56,074 bases of DNA from Chiloscyllium plagiosum. Its lineage: Eukaryota. The DNA lies in contig NC_057752.1 of NCBI RefSeq assembly GCF_004010195.1, positions 3,838,726 through 3,894,799 of the forward strand, given 5' to 3'. Both the position numbers and the translations under genes were made by a program. The notes beneath the pieces were generated by a model. The model did not search any database. It saw only the letters and a list, made by a program, of their open reading frames with translations, and was not told the origin of the DNA. This document shows, piece after piece, positions 36,230 to 48,018 of this stretch; within the stretch, counting starts at the first letter, position 1; each line of letters starts with the position of its first letter.

Positions 36230-36860
36230 AATCAACTCTGGAATAAGCTAACCTGTTTCAACCTTAAAGGAGTCTGCATTGCCAATTCTGACAACACTTG
36301 ACACTGGATCCAATTTAAAATTAGTTTTCCAGCCATTAACTATGATACTTGCACATCAGAATTCATCTTTTGGGTCTGTACAATCAGGGGACTTGAAATC
36401 CTACGGTCAGCCTGTTATATCCCCCAGCGAGAACGCTTCCTGTTCCTTATTATCCTCTAATGCACAGACACATACAAATTGTTGTGGTCTGTTTTTAACT
36501 TTTTGTGTTGCTGATCCATCTTATGATCTCTCTCGGCACTCCTGACCCTCTGTAATACTGGCTGGGCATAGCTCTCGCTGATGGGGTCCCTTGAAGGCAT
36601 CAACCACACCTTGTTTCTTTCAAAACTTTGCTGTTGGACTTTACGTGTGCCTTTATATTTGCCATTTCCCGAAAGACTTTAAAATTGCAGTAATCCCTTA
36701 TTCACTGTGGGCAATTGATCTTTCCAGTTTGTTGTGGTTCCTGCTTCACCCACAGCTTCCTGTCACTGTTGGGCTCCTCTTTGGGCTTGCCTCCACTTCT
36801 GAACATCAACAACCTTTATTAAGTAAAACTACAGACAGAAGATGGTAAGGTAGGGCATCT
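36230..36860 (-). mobile_element. Gypsy-type LTR retrotransposon gag/protease relic
   Basis: Across frameshifts: RCG*C../PHQRELCPA...C (zinc-knuckle region, ~36540-36611), then EAFSLGDI...DEF*CASIIVNGWKTNFKLDPVSSVVRI (~36284-36435), a decayed W.....VNG....FKLDTGA.V..I aspartic protease motif. Confidence 0.65.
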
Positions 36861-37779
36861 CCAGAACCCATCAGACCCAGGGTCCACATAATTTGACATC
36901 ATCCTGACGATACCTCCAGGGCTTGGTATCCCCGCTGGACACGTGTAATTACACACGCTGTCTCATACCCTACACCTGTATAAATAAATGCTAAATATTA
37001 CCTGGATGTTGTTTTTATTAGACATACAGAAACAAGAAAAAAAACCTACTTTTAATTAGAAGGAACTTTAATTGATTAATAATTGCCTCAATTAGTGTTC
37101 CAATGGTGAATTGAGAATGTTGCTTTGAAATTATTTGCACACTCCCTGCACTCCTCCTCTGTTGGTTATTCAGAATTGCTGGAGAACAGAATCTTTACAA
37201 TTAAAAGCATTTGTCCATTACAATTGACCAATTCTATTCGAACCCCCCGATGAAAGCTAACGTGTTTGAAACACAGCAAGATTTGAAGTTACTCTTTTCT
37301 CACTGTTTTAAGCTGATTTCTGTAATAAATCACCAGCGACCTCGTGCAAGTTTGGTAATAATACTGGGGACGGGATGGGGTGAGATTGACTTCTGAACGA
37401 AGTCAGTCAGGGTTAAGGCAACATTGAAGTAGGAATTGGATTCAGGCTGCCACATTGCTTAACATTTGCATGTGAGGCAGGAATTAAGGCAAACTCATGA
37501 ATATGAATGAAGCAGAGGTGCACCGCATCAGCTGCTACTTCCTGAAAAGCCTTTAATAATTAAACGCTACCTCCTTTCAACCGAGGGGGATTCAGCAAAG
37601 CAAGTAAATCCTGAATGTGAAAACATCTTCATCATTGGACAATATCAAAATTTCAACGGTTATGAAGCGGAAACCTTGCAGCATCTTCTTGGCAAAGAAA
37701 CTACTGCCGCTGTCTTATTGTACCTATTAATATTGCATTTGTATAACAGTGATGACTTCTAAACAAGGTGATAGAAAAA

Positions 37780-37985
37780 TAGAAAATAGGAGCAGGAGGA
37801 GACCATTTGGCCCTTCGATCTTGTTCCGCCATCCAACTCAGCATCATATTCCCAATTTCTCTCCAGATGCCTTGTGCCTGTGGTATCTAAAATATTATCA
37901 GTGTCTTTCTTGAATATAGTCGGTGACCCGGCCTCCTTCTGTCATCACAAATTCCACAGGTTGCCCATCCTCTGGGTGAAGAAAT
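37780..37985 (-). mobile_element. CR1-type LINE 3' end, old
   Basis: Minus strand FFTQRMGNLWNL and TCCTCCTGCTCCTATTTT tail. Confidence 0.7.
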
Positions 37986-38274
37986 TGGTGTCAGAGCAGC
38001 TGGTGACATCAAAACCAACATGGCCTCTAACTTTGTTTACAGCTGCATAGAACTCCAAGGTCCATGCATGGCAGTGAAGTCCCGCACTGAAAGTCACCAC
38101 CGCAATTGGCGTTGGCACTTCACGTGCCATGTGCGGACCCTCAGAGCGCAGCTTTGAGGGAATGCTGTTTGAAACCCAGTGAGAGAAGTAATTCCTCTCC
38201 ACGTCAGTTGAGGTGTTATGTTGTCATTGCCTAGAAGAGATTTGATGCCACCTTGCAACACAATTCTAAAAAGA

Positions 38275-38380
38275 TACTTTGCATTTATATAGGTGCCTTT
38301 CACCACCAGATATATCCCAAAGTGCTTTGCAATCATTGAAATACTTGAAAAATGTAGTCACTGTTGTAATGTAGGCAACA
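38275..38380 (-). mobile_element. SacSINE1/L2-type 3' tail fragment
   Basis: Minus strand CCTACATTACAACAGTGACTAC...GTGAAAGGCACCTATATAAATGCAA. Confidence 0.6.
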
Positions 38381-38831
38381 ATTAAATTTTAAAATACTTA
38401 TACAAACTTTAACTACATTTGGTTACGTCACACTGCACTCAAAGCAAACTTCAGTGAATAACTGCAGTTCAGGCAGCATCCGAGGAACTGCTGTGCTTTT
38501 CCAGCACCACTCTAATCTAAACTCTGGTTTCCAGTATCTGCAGTCATTGTTTTTACCTTCAGTGAACAACTGAAAGGCTGTCATTCTTTTCTGTACCTGC
38601 TCCAAATTACACTCCCTAGCTACTTACTCTATCCCTCCACCTGCCACAATCTGAAACCAACTTCCACAATCTTGGTGACATACTTGACCTCTCGATGAAT
38701 TTTGGCTCATCACTAAGACAGCCTACATTATGACGAAGGATCACAACCCTGGATCACCTATGAGCATGTTGAACTTTTAATGACAATGTGTTTTCTCAAA
38801 AGGAGACCTACAGCTAAAACAAATGACTAGC

Positions 38832-39227
38832 TTTGAACTATAGGGAGAGGCTGAACAGGCTGGGGCTGTTTTCCCTGAAGCGTCTGAGGTTGAGGAGTTA
38901 CCTTTATAGAGGTTTACAAAATCATGAGGGGCATGGTAGGATAAATAGGCAAAGTCTTTTCTCTGGGGCCGGGGAGTTCAGAACTAGAGGGCATAGGTTT
39001 AGGGTGAGAGGAGAAAGATATAAAAGAGACCTAAGGGGCAACTTTTTCACCTTACAATTGTAACATTTCAGAGGCATTTGGATGGGTATACGAATAGGAA
39101 GGGTTTGGAGGGATATGGGCTGGGTGCTGGCAGGTGGGACCAGATTGGGTTGAGATATCTGGTCAGCATGGATGGGTTGGACCGAAGGGTCTGTTTCTAT
39201 GCTGTACATCTCTATGACTCTATGACT
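38832..39227 (+). mobile_element. CR1-type LINE 3' end
   Basis: YRERLNRLGLFSL...RGNFFT and CTCTATGACTCTATGAC tail. Confidence 0.9.
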
Positions 39228-42070
39228 GATAATGTAAATTATGAGCAATGTAATTCAATGACTGTCTGGAAGGCCTGTGTGGTGTATCCTCAGCCTCATG
39301 GGAGATACTGGAATGTCACACCTGACAGGTGTCAAGGAAAGATCAAAGAGAATGACTTTCAATAGGGTCAAATGCACCCAAACATAACATGGGGCAAAGA
39401 GAGCAGGCTGGGTGGAAGACATTTTGTGTCTTCCCCTTTCAAGAATAGACAAGAATAAGGGTTAAAAACCACATTAAACCCTGATGTGTGTGTGCTACTG
39501 GGAGAAGATGCAAAAATCCCGAGTAATCCTTGCATTGTTTTTGTTGCTGTTTATGAAGTACTTTCAGATGTTTTAACATGATAAGTTTCAAAATAAGCCC
39601 TTGTATATCAGAACTGGGGAAGAGCCACTGCTGGCTTCCAGGGCAGGAGGTTTTCTTTGTAGTAGTAAGATAGTGGAGGTTGAATTCACTAGATCCAATC
39701 TTCAGGGAGGATCCACTTTTTGCTTGGATTGCCAACAACAGAGCCCCCAAAAAGCATTCCACTTACACCAGTATATAAGCTGAATACATGTAGTATTATT
39801 TTCCAACTTGCACCCAACACTTTCACAAAATGTGTGCTGCATCAGAGATAATGGAGCAGTGAAGGAAATGTTGAGTGCTTTACATTACTTTATTGTCGAG
39901 GTTACCACATAAAACCACATGGGTTCTATGCAGAGAGGGAACGTTTCAATTTGTCTGTGAAGGCATGACAATTTATTCCGATATTTACAGTTTACAGATA
40001 TTACATCTTGGTTTTCACACTATTTAACAGAAAGGAATTGAAGTTAATTCATGGCAAATTATCAGCTCTCTTGACTTCTAGTTTACAAGGTTTCTCCAGC
40101 CGACTAGCTACGTCACTCATTATTATCTACCAAATACAGTATTTCACCTCCCAGTTCAAATTAGCATAGAAAACAGAGCCTATTTATTACCGTAATTAAT
40201 CTGTATTACTATAAAATTCCAAATACCAAAGACTTTCCTATTCATAATCATTTCCCAAGACATTTAAACAGAATAAAAGCCCTTTTGTCTCACAATATCT
40301 CCACATTGCAGCATCTCAGTCAATTCTAATTGTAACCTTGAAAACACATTTTTGAACTCTCTAGCTATAAGTCAATCTTTGAATCCATTCCAGCCAATGA
40401 ACAACCAAACCATATTCGTGGCTTATTCCACCCCATCTAGCATCTCTTGGTACTTTCAGTCCCTCTTCAACAGCTGCACCACATCTTTGGCTTATAGAGT
40501 TCCTTTCCTTCCCTCTTCACTGGAGAGGATGAGTTCAATGAGGCCACGTATTTAGATACTGCAGAAATTACTTAGGTAAATTTTAAAATGGAAATGATCT
40601 CTGTTGCAATAAATTACTTCTCACCTGACATGGGATATGCTTTTCCCGTCCTAGATATCGCACTTGCTCATTTTGTCACTGCGTCGTTCTGCACACACCA
40701 ATGTATAGATGCTTTGGAAAACTGAAGTAGCCATTGAGATTGAGCAGAAACATGTTTCTGCTCAACCACCACTTGAAGACTGATGGACTCTCTTCAAGCT
40801 ATTTTTTTTCTCCTTATTCTTAAAGTATTCAAAATGGTGCCGTTTTGAGTTGACAAATGAAAGCTTTTCACTGTATCCTTCCTGTAAAATAAACGTGACA
40901 ATAAAATGAAAATCACTTGTCTCCAAGTGGAGGGCACCTAATAATCCTAGCAGGATACCCAGTCAGTTTCCCCTGGGTGGGGATAACTCCATGTGGGAAA
41001 TGCATACACCCAGGGTGAAGTCAACCGCCTCTGGGTTGCCACAATATCAAGCAACCCAACCAGCCTCCAGCCTGGAAATGAGTTGTTCCATAGGGATGAG
41101 ATGGGCCAACACAAAACAGCAGCGGTCTGGGCTGGTTTTACTGCAGCCTAGAGATGCACTTCTGTTCTTCCCAGCCTTGCACAAACTTACTGGTTGGTGC
41201 CTCCACAGCGAGAGCTTGCACATTCAGCCCTGCAAAACCCTAAAATGGCAACTGGGGTCCTATTGGATGTAAGAGGATGCGAAATTACATATTAAAATGT
41301 GTCATATCTGGCCACCCATTAGCAGTCCCAGGGGAAAGTTATCACAGCAATAGCAATGACAAAAATCATTAGGCTGGCAAGATGGACATTTTGCAAGGGC
41401 CTACAAACAACAGAGGATGAGTTAACCAAATAATGGTTTCATGATGCAGATTGATGAATACATTTTAGCCAAGACACCAGGATGAATTCCCCTGCTATTG
41501 TTATAAATAATAAACCCACCACAAGCTATTAACCCAGCCAAAGGGTTTGACCTGGAAGTGGTGGCAATTGGGAGGGTACTTTATTGTGGAGGAGGAGCAC
41601 TCCAGCATCATGTGGAGAGATAAGTAACTTAGCGTCTTTGTTGTAAGCAATTTGTCAGATTGGTTTTCTCTGAGTTAGCTAATCTTGGAGAAACGACTCC
41701 AGAAGGCTTTAGGCCCCACACCTAATGCAAACAATCCTAAGTGTGGGTAAAGAATTTCTGACTATTCTCCTAATGGCTTGTCATATGCATGCACTTGCAA
41801 GTCATCATTTTGAGGCCTCAGGTGCCCATACAACCGGCCAAAAACATGTGTTGTACATTCAAATGTTGCACAGCACCCATTTATCAGGTACCGTATGGAG
41901 CTGAAGGCCCCAAAATGTCAAGCTCATAAGTTATACGTCAATCACATTTTTTTATGACTCTAAATGGTAAAGGAGCTTTTTCATTTGCCCTATCTGAACA
42001 ATTCTGTAACAACCAAACAAAAAAATTGAATACTGCTTGCATGGGACTAATTCCCATATTCAACACTCAC

Positions 42071-42168
42071 CTGACCATTGATTCTTGTATAATATCTGAA
42101 TTGGCTGGTGCCACTTCAGTGATTGGATTACAATAAATACATGAAAAGACCAACACAACAAAAATAAC
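42071..42168 (-). other. Candidate 98-nt exon encoding a signal-peptide-like segment
   Basis: Acceptor TTATTTAATCAG| and donor CAG|GTGAGT. Frame 0 is open: VIFVVLVFSCIYCNPITEVAPANSDIIQESMV(R/S). Frame 1 is also open. No homolog recognised. Confidence 0.3.
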
Positions 42169-42496
42169 CTGATTAAATAATCACAGACATTCATACAGGC
42201 ACAAGGCACGTTGGAATACTGACTTGCAATATCTCAAAATTACAAACACAGTGCCTTTTTAAAGACTGATCGCATTTTAAAGCTACGGTTAAGCCACTGA
42301 CTAAGCATCATTTCCCACAATTCATGACTCATTCATAGGAGAGAAACTGTGCCTTCTAGCATTTAATTGTTCCATTATTTCCCTGATTAGGCCTGAATGG
42401 ACTCAATACTGTTACCGCAGTGTTCTTGTCAGTGTGTCAGTGACTCCTTCATATTGCAGAAGCATTTCATGCGAAAGCACGCTGTCATGCACTGGG

Positions 42497-42530
42497 ACTG
42501 ATGGTTGCCATGGTACCCAAACCATTTATA
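42497..42530 (-). promoter_or_regulatory. Possible TATA box plus initiator
   Basis: TATAAA at 42530-42525 and TCAGT at 42501-42497 (the A lies 31 nt downstream of the first T). Motif-level evidence only. Confidence 0.2.
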
Positions 42531-42811
42531 ATCCACAGAACCAGGGGCAGCAAGAGAAGACTCTGAATATTTCTGCCAACAGCTGGGCACTTGAGCCTCA
42601 GTGCAGAATGAAGCCCATCACCACCTTTTCAATGAGCATCAGGAGGGGCGCCAGAGGCTATCCTTGCTGGCAATGCCCACATCCCACATTCCTAGCATGT
42701 AGTAAGAGGGTGAAACACTGGGTATGGTCCAGCATGGAAGGCCTTACCTTTTTGAAGAATGCATATCAACAGAGAGTGTAAAACCTGCACCATCTGGTGA
42801 TATTTTTATAG

Positions 42812-42930
42812 GTTTTTTTTTAAATCAACCTGTTCAGGAGTACACTGATACATCTCTGCAACAGGTGAGACTTGAACCGAAGCTTCCTGGCTCAGGGGTG
42901 GGACACTACCACTGTGCTACACGAGCCATA
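42812..42930 (-). mobile_element. Short tRNA-derived SINE
   Basis: AATCAACCTGTTCAG...ACTTGAACC...GGGACACTACCACTG on plus. Confidence 0.6.
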
Positions 42931-43040
42931 TAGAATTACAGGCTGTAAAATAGTTATGATTCTTAAGTGATTGCCGAAGCAACAGCTAAAATGCAGTGTT
43001 GGGGAAGCCAAAGGAGTCTTTTTCAGGGGAAAGGGCTGCT

Positions 43041-43190
43041 CATAGAGTCATAGAGCTGTACAGCATGGAAACAGACCCTTCAGTCCAACCCGTCCATGCC
43101 GACCAGATATCCCAACCCAATCTAGTCCCACCAGCCAGCACCCAGCCCGTATCCCTCCAAACCCTTCCTATTCATACACCCATCCAATTG
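43041..43190 (-). mobile_element. CR1-type LINE tail
   Basis: CATAGAGTCATAGAG...AAACCCTTCCTATTCATAC. Confidence 0.85.
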
Positions 43191-43539
43191 CCTCATACCC
43201 CCCAGCCCAGAAAGAAAGAGTCCAGCAGGCTAATGGACCAGAAAGAGGCCTACTCCACAGCCATAGTGCACTACAGGGCAGGCTAAATTCCCCAATCAGA
43301 GAACTTCACTCCTCACTGGGGAGGTGATCCCACCCTGATTGATTGGCAGCTCCAGCAACACCAGAACTTGGTACCAGGCGCTGCTGGTACTGCAGGCAGG
43401 CCCACAAAATAAGACAGCATGGATTCTGCTGGGAGGTATGTCTGGGGTTTTGGTTTTAGGAGGATTTGAAAAATTTAGCAAAGGGTATTTTTCAGAGCAG
43501 GGGCAGGGGAAGGAAGGGATGCTATCTTCAAATAGGGTG

Positions 43540-43832
43540 CCATTGGCATCTACTTGACAATATGGAAAATTGTCAATGTTGCAACTGTACTGGAACTGGA
43601 GATGCAGCATGTTCTGGAGCACATGTCTTCAGTATTATGTCTGGAACATTGTCAAGGCCTGTAGCCTGTGCAGCCTCATCAGCCATTTCTTGATATCACA
43701 CAGAGTAAATCAAATTGGTTGAATATTGGCATCTGTGACCAGGAGACGGCTGAGATGGATCATCCACTTGGTACTTCTGCTTGAAGATGGATGAAAATGC
43801 TTCAGCCTTATCTTTTGCATTGTTGGGCTCCC
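43540..43832 (-). mobile_element. CR1-clade LINE internal fragment
   Basis: The reverse complement matches 29040-29310 (GATATCAAGAAA...GACAA..TTCCAG...TACTGAAGAC.TGTGCTCC). Confidence 0.7.
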
Positions 43833-43984
43833 CATTCCTTTCTCGAGACCTTGTAGCGGTTTGATAGAACTGAGAGGCTTATTAGACCATTACAGAGGGC
43901 CTGGCCACAATGTTGCATGCATTTCCATCAGTCTGGAGTGGATCAGAGTGAAATGGATGATTTTTTTATACAATACATGACAAT

Positions 43985-44672
43985 GGGGTGGCACGGAGAC
44001 TCAGTGATTAGCACTGCTACCTCACAGCACCAGGGACCTGTGTTCGATCCCAGCCTCGGGTCACTGTCTATGTGGAGTTTGCACATTCTCCCCATGTCTG
44101 TGTGGGTTTCCTCTGGGTGCTGCGGTTTCCTCCCACATTCCAAAGATGTGCAGGTTAGGTGAATTGCCCATAGTGTTCAGGGATGTGTAGGTTGGGTGTG
44201 TTAATCAGAGGAAATGTAAAGCAATAGAGTAGGGAAATGGGTCTGGGTGGGTTACTCTTTGGAGGTTCGGTATGGACTTGTTGGGCCAAATGGCCTGTTT
44301 CCACACTGTAGGGATTCTATGATGCAGTTATAACTAGCAAGGCCTCCTGTTATGGGAATCATGGTGATTCAGTGGTTAGCACTGCTGCTTCACAGTGCCA
44401 GGGACCTGGGTTTGATTCCAGCCTCGGGTAACTGTCTGTGTGGAGTTTGCATGTTCTCCCTGTGTCTGCATGGGTTTGCTCTGGGTGCTCTGGTTTCCTC
44501 CCACAACTCAAAGATGTGCAGGTTAGGGTGGATTGCCCACAGTGTTCAGGGATGTGTAGGTTAGGTGCATTAGTCAGGGGTGGATATCGGTCTGAGTGGG
44601 TTACTCTTCGGAGGGTCAGTATTGACTTGTTGGGCTGAAGGGCCTGTTTCCACACTATTGAGATTCTAATTC
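43985..44672 (+). mobile_element. Two tandem HE1/V-SINEs (~43985-44322 and ~44355-44672)
   Basis: Each has a tRNA head (CAGTG.TTAGCACTGCT), a V-domain (GTGGAGTTTGCA..TTCTCCC) and a GGCCTGTTTCCACACT tail. Confidence 0.85.
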
Positions 44673-44689
44673 TGGCTAGATATTCATCA

Positions 44690-44820
44690 TTAGCCTCGCC
44701 TTTAATTCCAGATTTTATTGAAATCAGATTTCACCATCTGCCATGATGAGATTTGAACTCGTGTCCCCAGAAAATTAGCTTGGAGGTTCTGGATTATCAG
44801 TCCAGTGACATTACCACTAC
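44690..44820 (-). mobile_element. tRNA-derived SINE 5' fragment
   Basis: Minus strand GTAGTGGTAATGTCACTGGACTGATAATCCAGA...GAGTTCAAATC. Confidence 0.65.
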
Positions 44821-45296
44821 CTCTCTTAGTTTAAGGGTCTCAGCCCCCTGCCACCACTGGAATTAATCCAGCTACAAACAAGCCTGTTGGCATGCTTCAT
44901 TCACAATAGCTGTGACCTTGCAGACTCGGGAGGAAGAGTGCTTGCTCAAACAAATACAACCAGTGCCTGAACGAGAAACTGGACTTCAGTCAGCGGTTCC
45001 CCTCTGTGAATCATCCCCTACCCCACGTTCCCCTGCAATCCCTGACATAAGAATCACTATGCTCCATCATTTACCTTTGTCTTGGACCCTCCAGAATCTT
45101 GGTCCTTCTGGAGTGCTCTTCCAGCAGCAGCCTCCGTGGCGCTGTTGAGCACAGTTCTTGTCAGATGCCAGCAACTCTCACAGGGCACGCCCAGATGGAC
45201 CTTCCCTGGAAAAGGTGGTAAGGGGTCGCTCACTAGCTCTCCAGTTGGCAAACAAGACCTCTGACATCGTAACAACCGTGTCTTTTTATTTCTCTG

Positions 45297-45485
45297 GGCA
45301 GCACAGTGGCTCAGTGGTTAGTAATACTGCCTCACAGGGCCAAGGGACCCGGACATGATTCCAGCCTTGGACAACTGTCTGCCTGGAGTTTGCACAGGTG
45401 ACAAAGGAGCAGCGCGCCAAAAGCTTGCGATTTCAAATAAACCTGTTGGACTATAACCTGGTGTTGTGTGATTTCTGACTTTGCA
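45297..45485 (+). mobile_element. Truncated HE1 SINE head followed by a family C PLE-related fragment
   Basis: GGCAGCACAGTGGCTCAGTGGTTAG head. From ~45398 a decayed hammerhead and AAACCTGTTGGACTATAACCTGGTGTTGTGTGATTT as in 21657-21692. Confidence 0.65.
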
Positions 45486-46690
45486 TAAATGGAGATGTAG
45501 CCTCCAACTAGTAGCTGATTAGTTTGTGGACTAGTGACCAGTTATTGATGACAAAGGCCCTCCACCTGCCAACAACTAATATGATAGGTTCTCAGGTAGT
45601 TGAACAGCCTGGGCCTGTGAACTAGATCGGATCTATGCAAGCTCAGGAGCTATTTTTGTTCTCCACAGGAAAACTCACTTTGAGCCTGAATAAATCAGTT
45701 TATTTTTCCTTCAGAAGTTGCTGCAAGTAGTGGCTTTTAGTTAAAAGAGTCTCTGACTTATTATCAGTGAAACAGTCATTCTGTGAATCCTGTAAACTAG
45801 TGGAAGCATCCAGAGAAGGAAGACTGAGAAACAGCATTCTTATTAGGACAAGAATTATCTCAGCAGATCCTGTGAATGGGGACTGCTGAACAGCTTTCCC
45901 AGATTTTCCTCTACCCATAACATCCTTCTTTTTCCCCTGCATGTGGTGACAGGGAGCTTATAAGGGGATTAGAGTTCTAACCAATAGACTTTTATGTCAA
46001 CGGTTCATAATTGTTTCACCAGAGTCTATTTACAAGTAATAACTAGTCATTCTTGTTAAGTACAGTAACCTGGTCTGTGCTTTCTGTCAACTTGGATCTG
46101 AAAGACAACTAGATTGGGGAATTCTATGTAGTTTAAAATCCTTAACTTTTGTGACAACTCCAGGAACAGTGGGGCTTAATTTCCTGCGCACCACCCTCGT
46201 GAGCTATGACTGACTCAACAAGGTTCTGTCTCACATTTTTATTCAAGGCAAAAACAGATATCTGATTCCTTACATAGATATGTCATAGTTTGTGCGAAGA
46301 TTTGTAGCTCGGGTGCTGGTTGTTGTGGTTCTGTTCGCCGAGCTGGAAGTTTTTGTTGCAAACGTTTCGTCCCCTGGCTAGGCGACATCATTAGTGCTTG
46401 GGAGCCTCCTGCGAAGCGCTTCTTTGATGTTTCCTCCGGTGTTTATAGTGGTCTGTCCCTGCCGCTTCCGGTTGTCAGTTTCAGCTGTCCGCTGTAGTGG
46501 TTGGTATATTGGGTCCAGGTCGATGTGTTTGTTGATGGAGTTTGTGGATGAATGCCATGTCTCTAGGAATTCCCTGGCTGTTCTCTGTCTGGCTTGCCCT
46601 ATGATAGTAGTGTTGTCCCAGTCGAATTCATGTTGCCTGTCCTATATAGTGTTTAGTGCAGTCCTTGCATAGTATTTTGTACACTACATT

Positions 46691-47492
46691 NNNNNNNNNN
46701 NNNNNNNNNNNNNNNNNNNNNNNNNNNNNNNNNNNNNNNNNNNNNNNNNNNNNNNNNNNNNNNNNNNNNNNNNNNNNNNNNNNNNNNNNNNNNNNNNNNN
46801 NNNNNNNNNNNNNNNNNNNNNNNNNNNNNNNNNNNNNNNNNNNNNNNNNNNNNNNNNNNNNNNNNNNNNNNNNNNNNNNNNNNNNNNNNNNNNNNNNNNN
46901 NNNNNNNNNNNNNNNNNNNNNNNNNNNNNNNNNNNNNNNNNNNNNNNNNNNNNNNNNNNNNNNNNNNNNNNNNNNNNNNNNNNNNNNNNNNNNNNNNNNN
47001 NNNNNNNNNNNNNNNNNNNNNNNNNNNNNNNNNNNNNNNNNNNNNNNNNNNNNNNNNNNNNNNNNNNNNNNNNNNNNNNNNNNNNNNNNNNNNNNNNNNN
47101 NNNNNNNNNNNNNNNNNNNNNNNNNNNNNNNNNNNNNNNNNNNNNNNNNNNNNNNNNNNNNNNNNNNNNNNNNNNNNNNNNNNNNNNNNNNNNNNNNNNN
47201 NNNNNNNNNNNNNNNNNNNNNNNNNNNNNNNNNNNNNNNNNNNNNNNNNNNNNNNNNNNNNNNNNNNNNNNNNNNNNNNNNNNNNNNNNNNNNNNNNNNN
47301 NNNNNNNNNNNNNNNNNNNNNNNNNNNNNNNNNNNNNNNNNNNNNNNNNNNNNNNNNNNNNNNNNNNNNNNNNNNNNNNNNNNNNNNNNNNNNNNNNNNN
47401 NNNNNNNNNNNNNNNNNNNNNNNNNNNNNNNNNNNNNNNNNNNNNNNNNNNNNNNNNNNNNNNNNNNNNNNNNNNNNNNNNNNNNNNNNNNN
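46691..47492. other. Assembly gap (802 N)
   Basis: Run of n characters. Confidence 1.
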
Positions 47493-47984
47493 ACTAATGT
47501 AGTGTACAAAATACTATGCAAGGACTGCACAAAACACTATATAGGACAAACAGGAAGACAGCTAACAATCCGCATACATGAACATCAACTAGCCACGAAA
47601 CGACACGACCAGCTATCCTTAGTAGCCACACACGCAGACAACAAGCAACATGAATATAACTGGGACAACACTACTATCATAGGGCAAGCCAGACAGAACA
47701 GCCAGGGCAGCTATCCTTTGTAGCCACACACGCAGACAACAAGCAACATGAATTCGACTGGGACAACACTACTATCATAGGGCAAGCCAGACAGAGAACA
47801 GCCAGGGAATTCCTAGAGGCATGGCATTCATCCACAAACTCCATCAACAAACACATCGACCTGGACCCAATATACCAACCACTACAGCGGACAGCTGAGA
47901 CTGACAACCGGAAGCAGCAGGGACAGACCACTATAAACACCGGAGGAAACATCAAAGAAGCGCTTCGCAGGAGGCTCCCAAGCA

Positions 47985-48018
47985 CTGATGATGTCGCCTA
48001 GCCAGGGGATGAAACGTT
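47985..48018 (+). ncRNA. Minimal hammerhead ribozyme motif (core intact, GUU triplet)
   Basis: gca-CTGATGA-T-GTCGCC-tagcca-GGGGAT-GAAAC-GTT-tgc. The mirror copy at 46361-46394(-) has CTAATGA. Confidence 0.7.

Noticed and set aside
36470..36760. Weak CLIP1-like words on minus (KGLLQ, ERDHKMDQ)
   Set aside because: The overlapping frames fit Gypsy gag-protease motifs much better; the resemblance is probably chance.
40200..40690. Protein-looking minus frame and a possible 66-nt intron (40624-40559)
   Set aside because: Stop density is about what AT-rich random sequence gives, and the upstream candidate exon is closed in all three frames.
45075..45205. Exon-like 131-nt segment on minus with good splice sites and one open frame
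   Set aside because: It lies in a GC-rich block that looks like a Harbinger accessory-ORF relic, and no host homolog was recognised.
46628..47723. The 300-aa and 355-aa ORFs in the track
   Set aside because: Their length comes from the N gap; only the PLE GIY-YIG part is real sequence.
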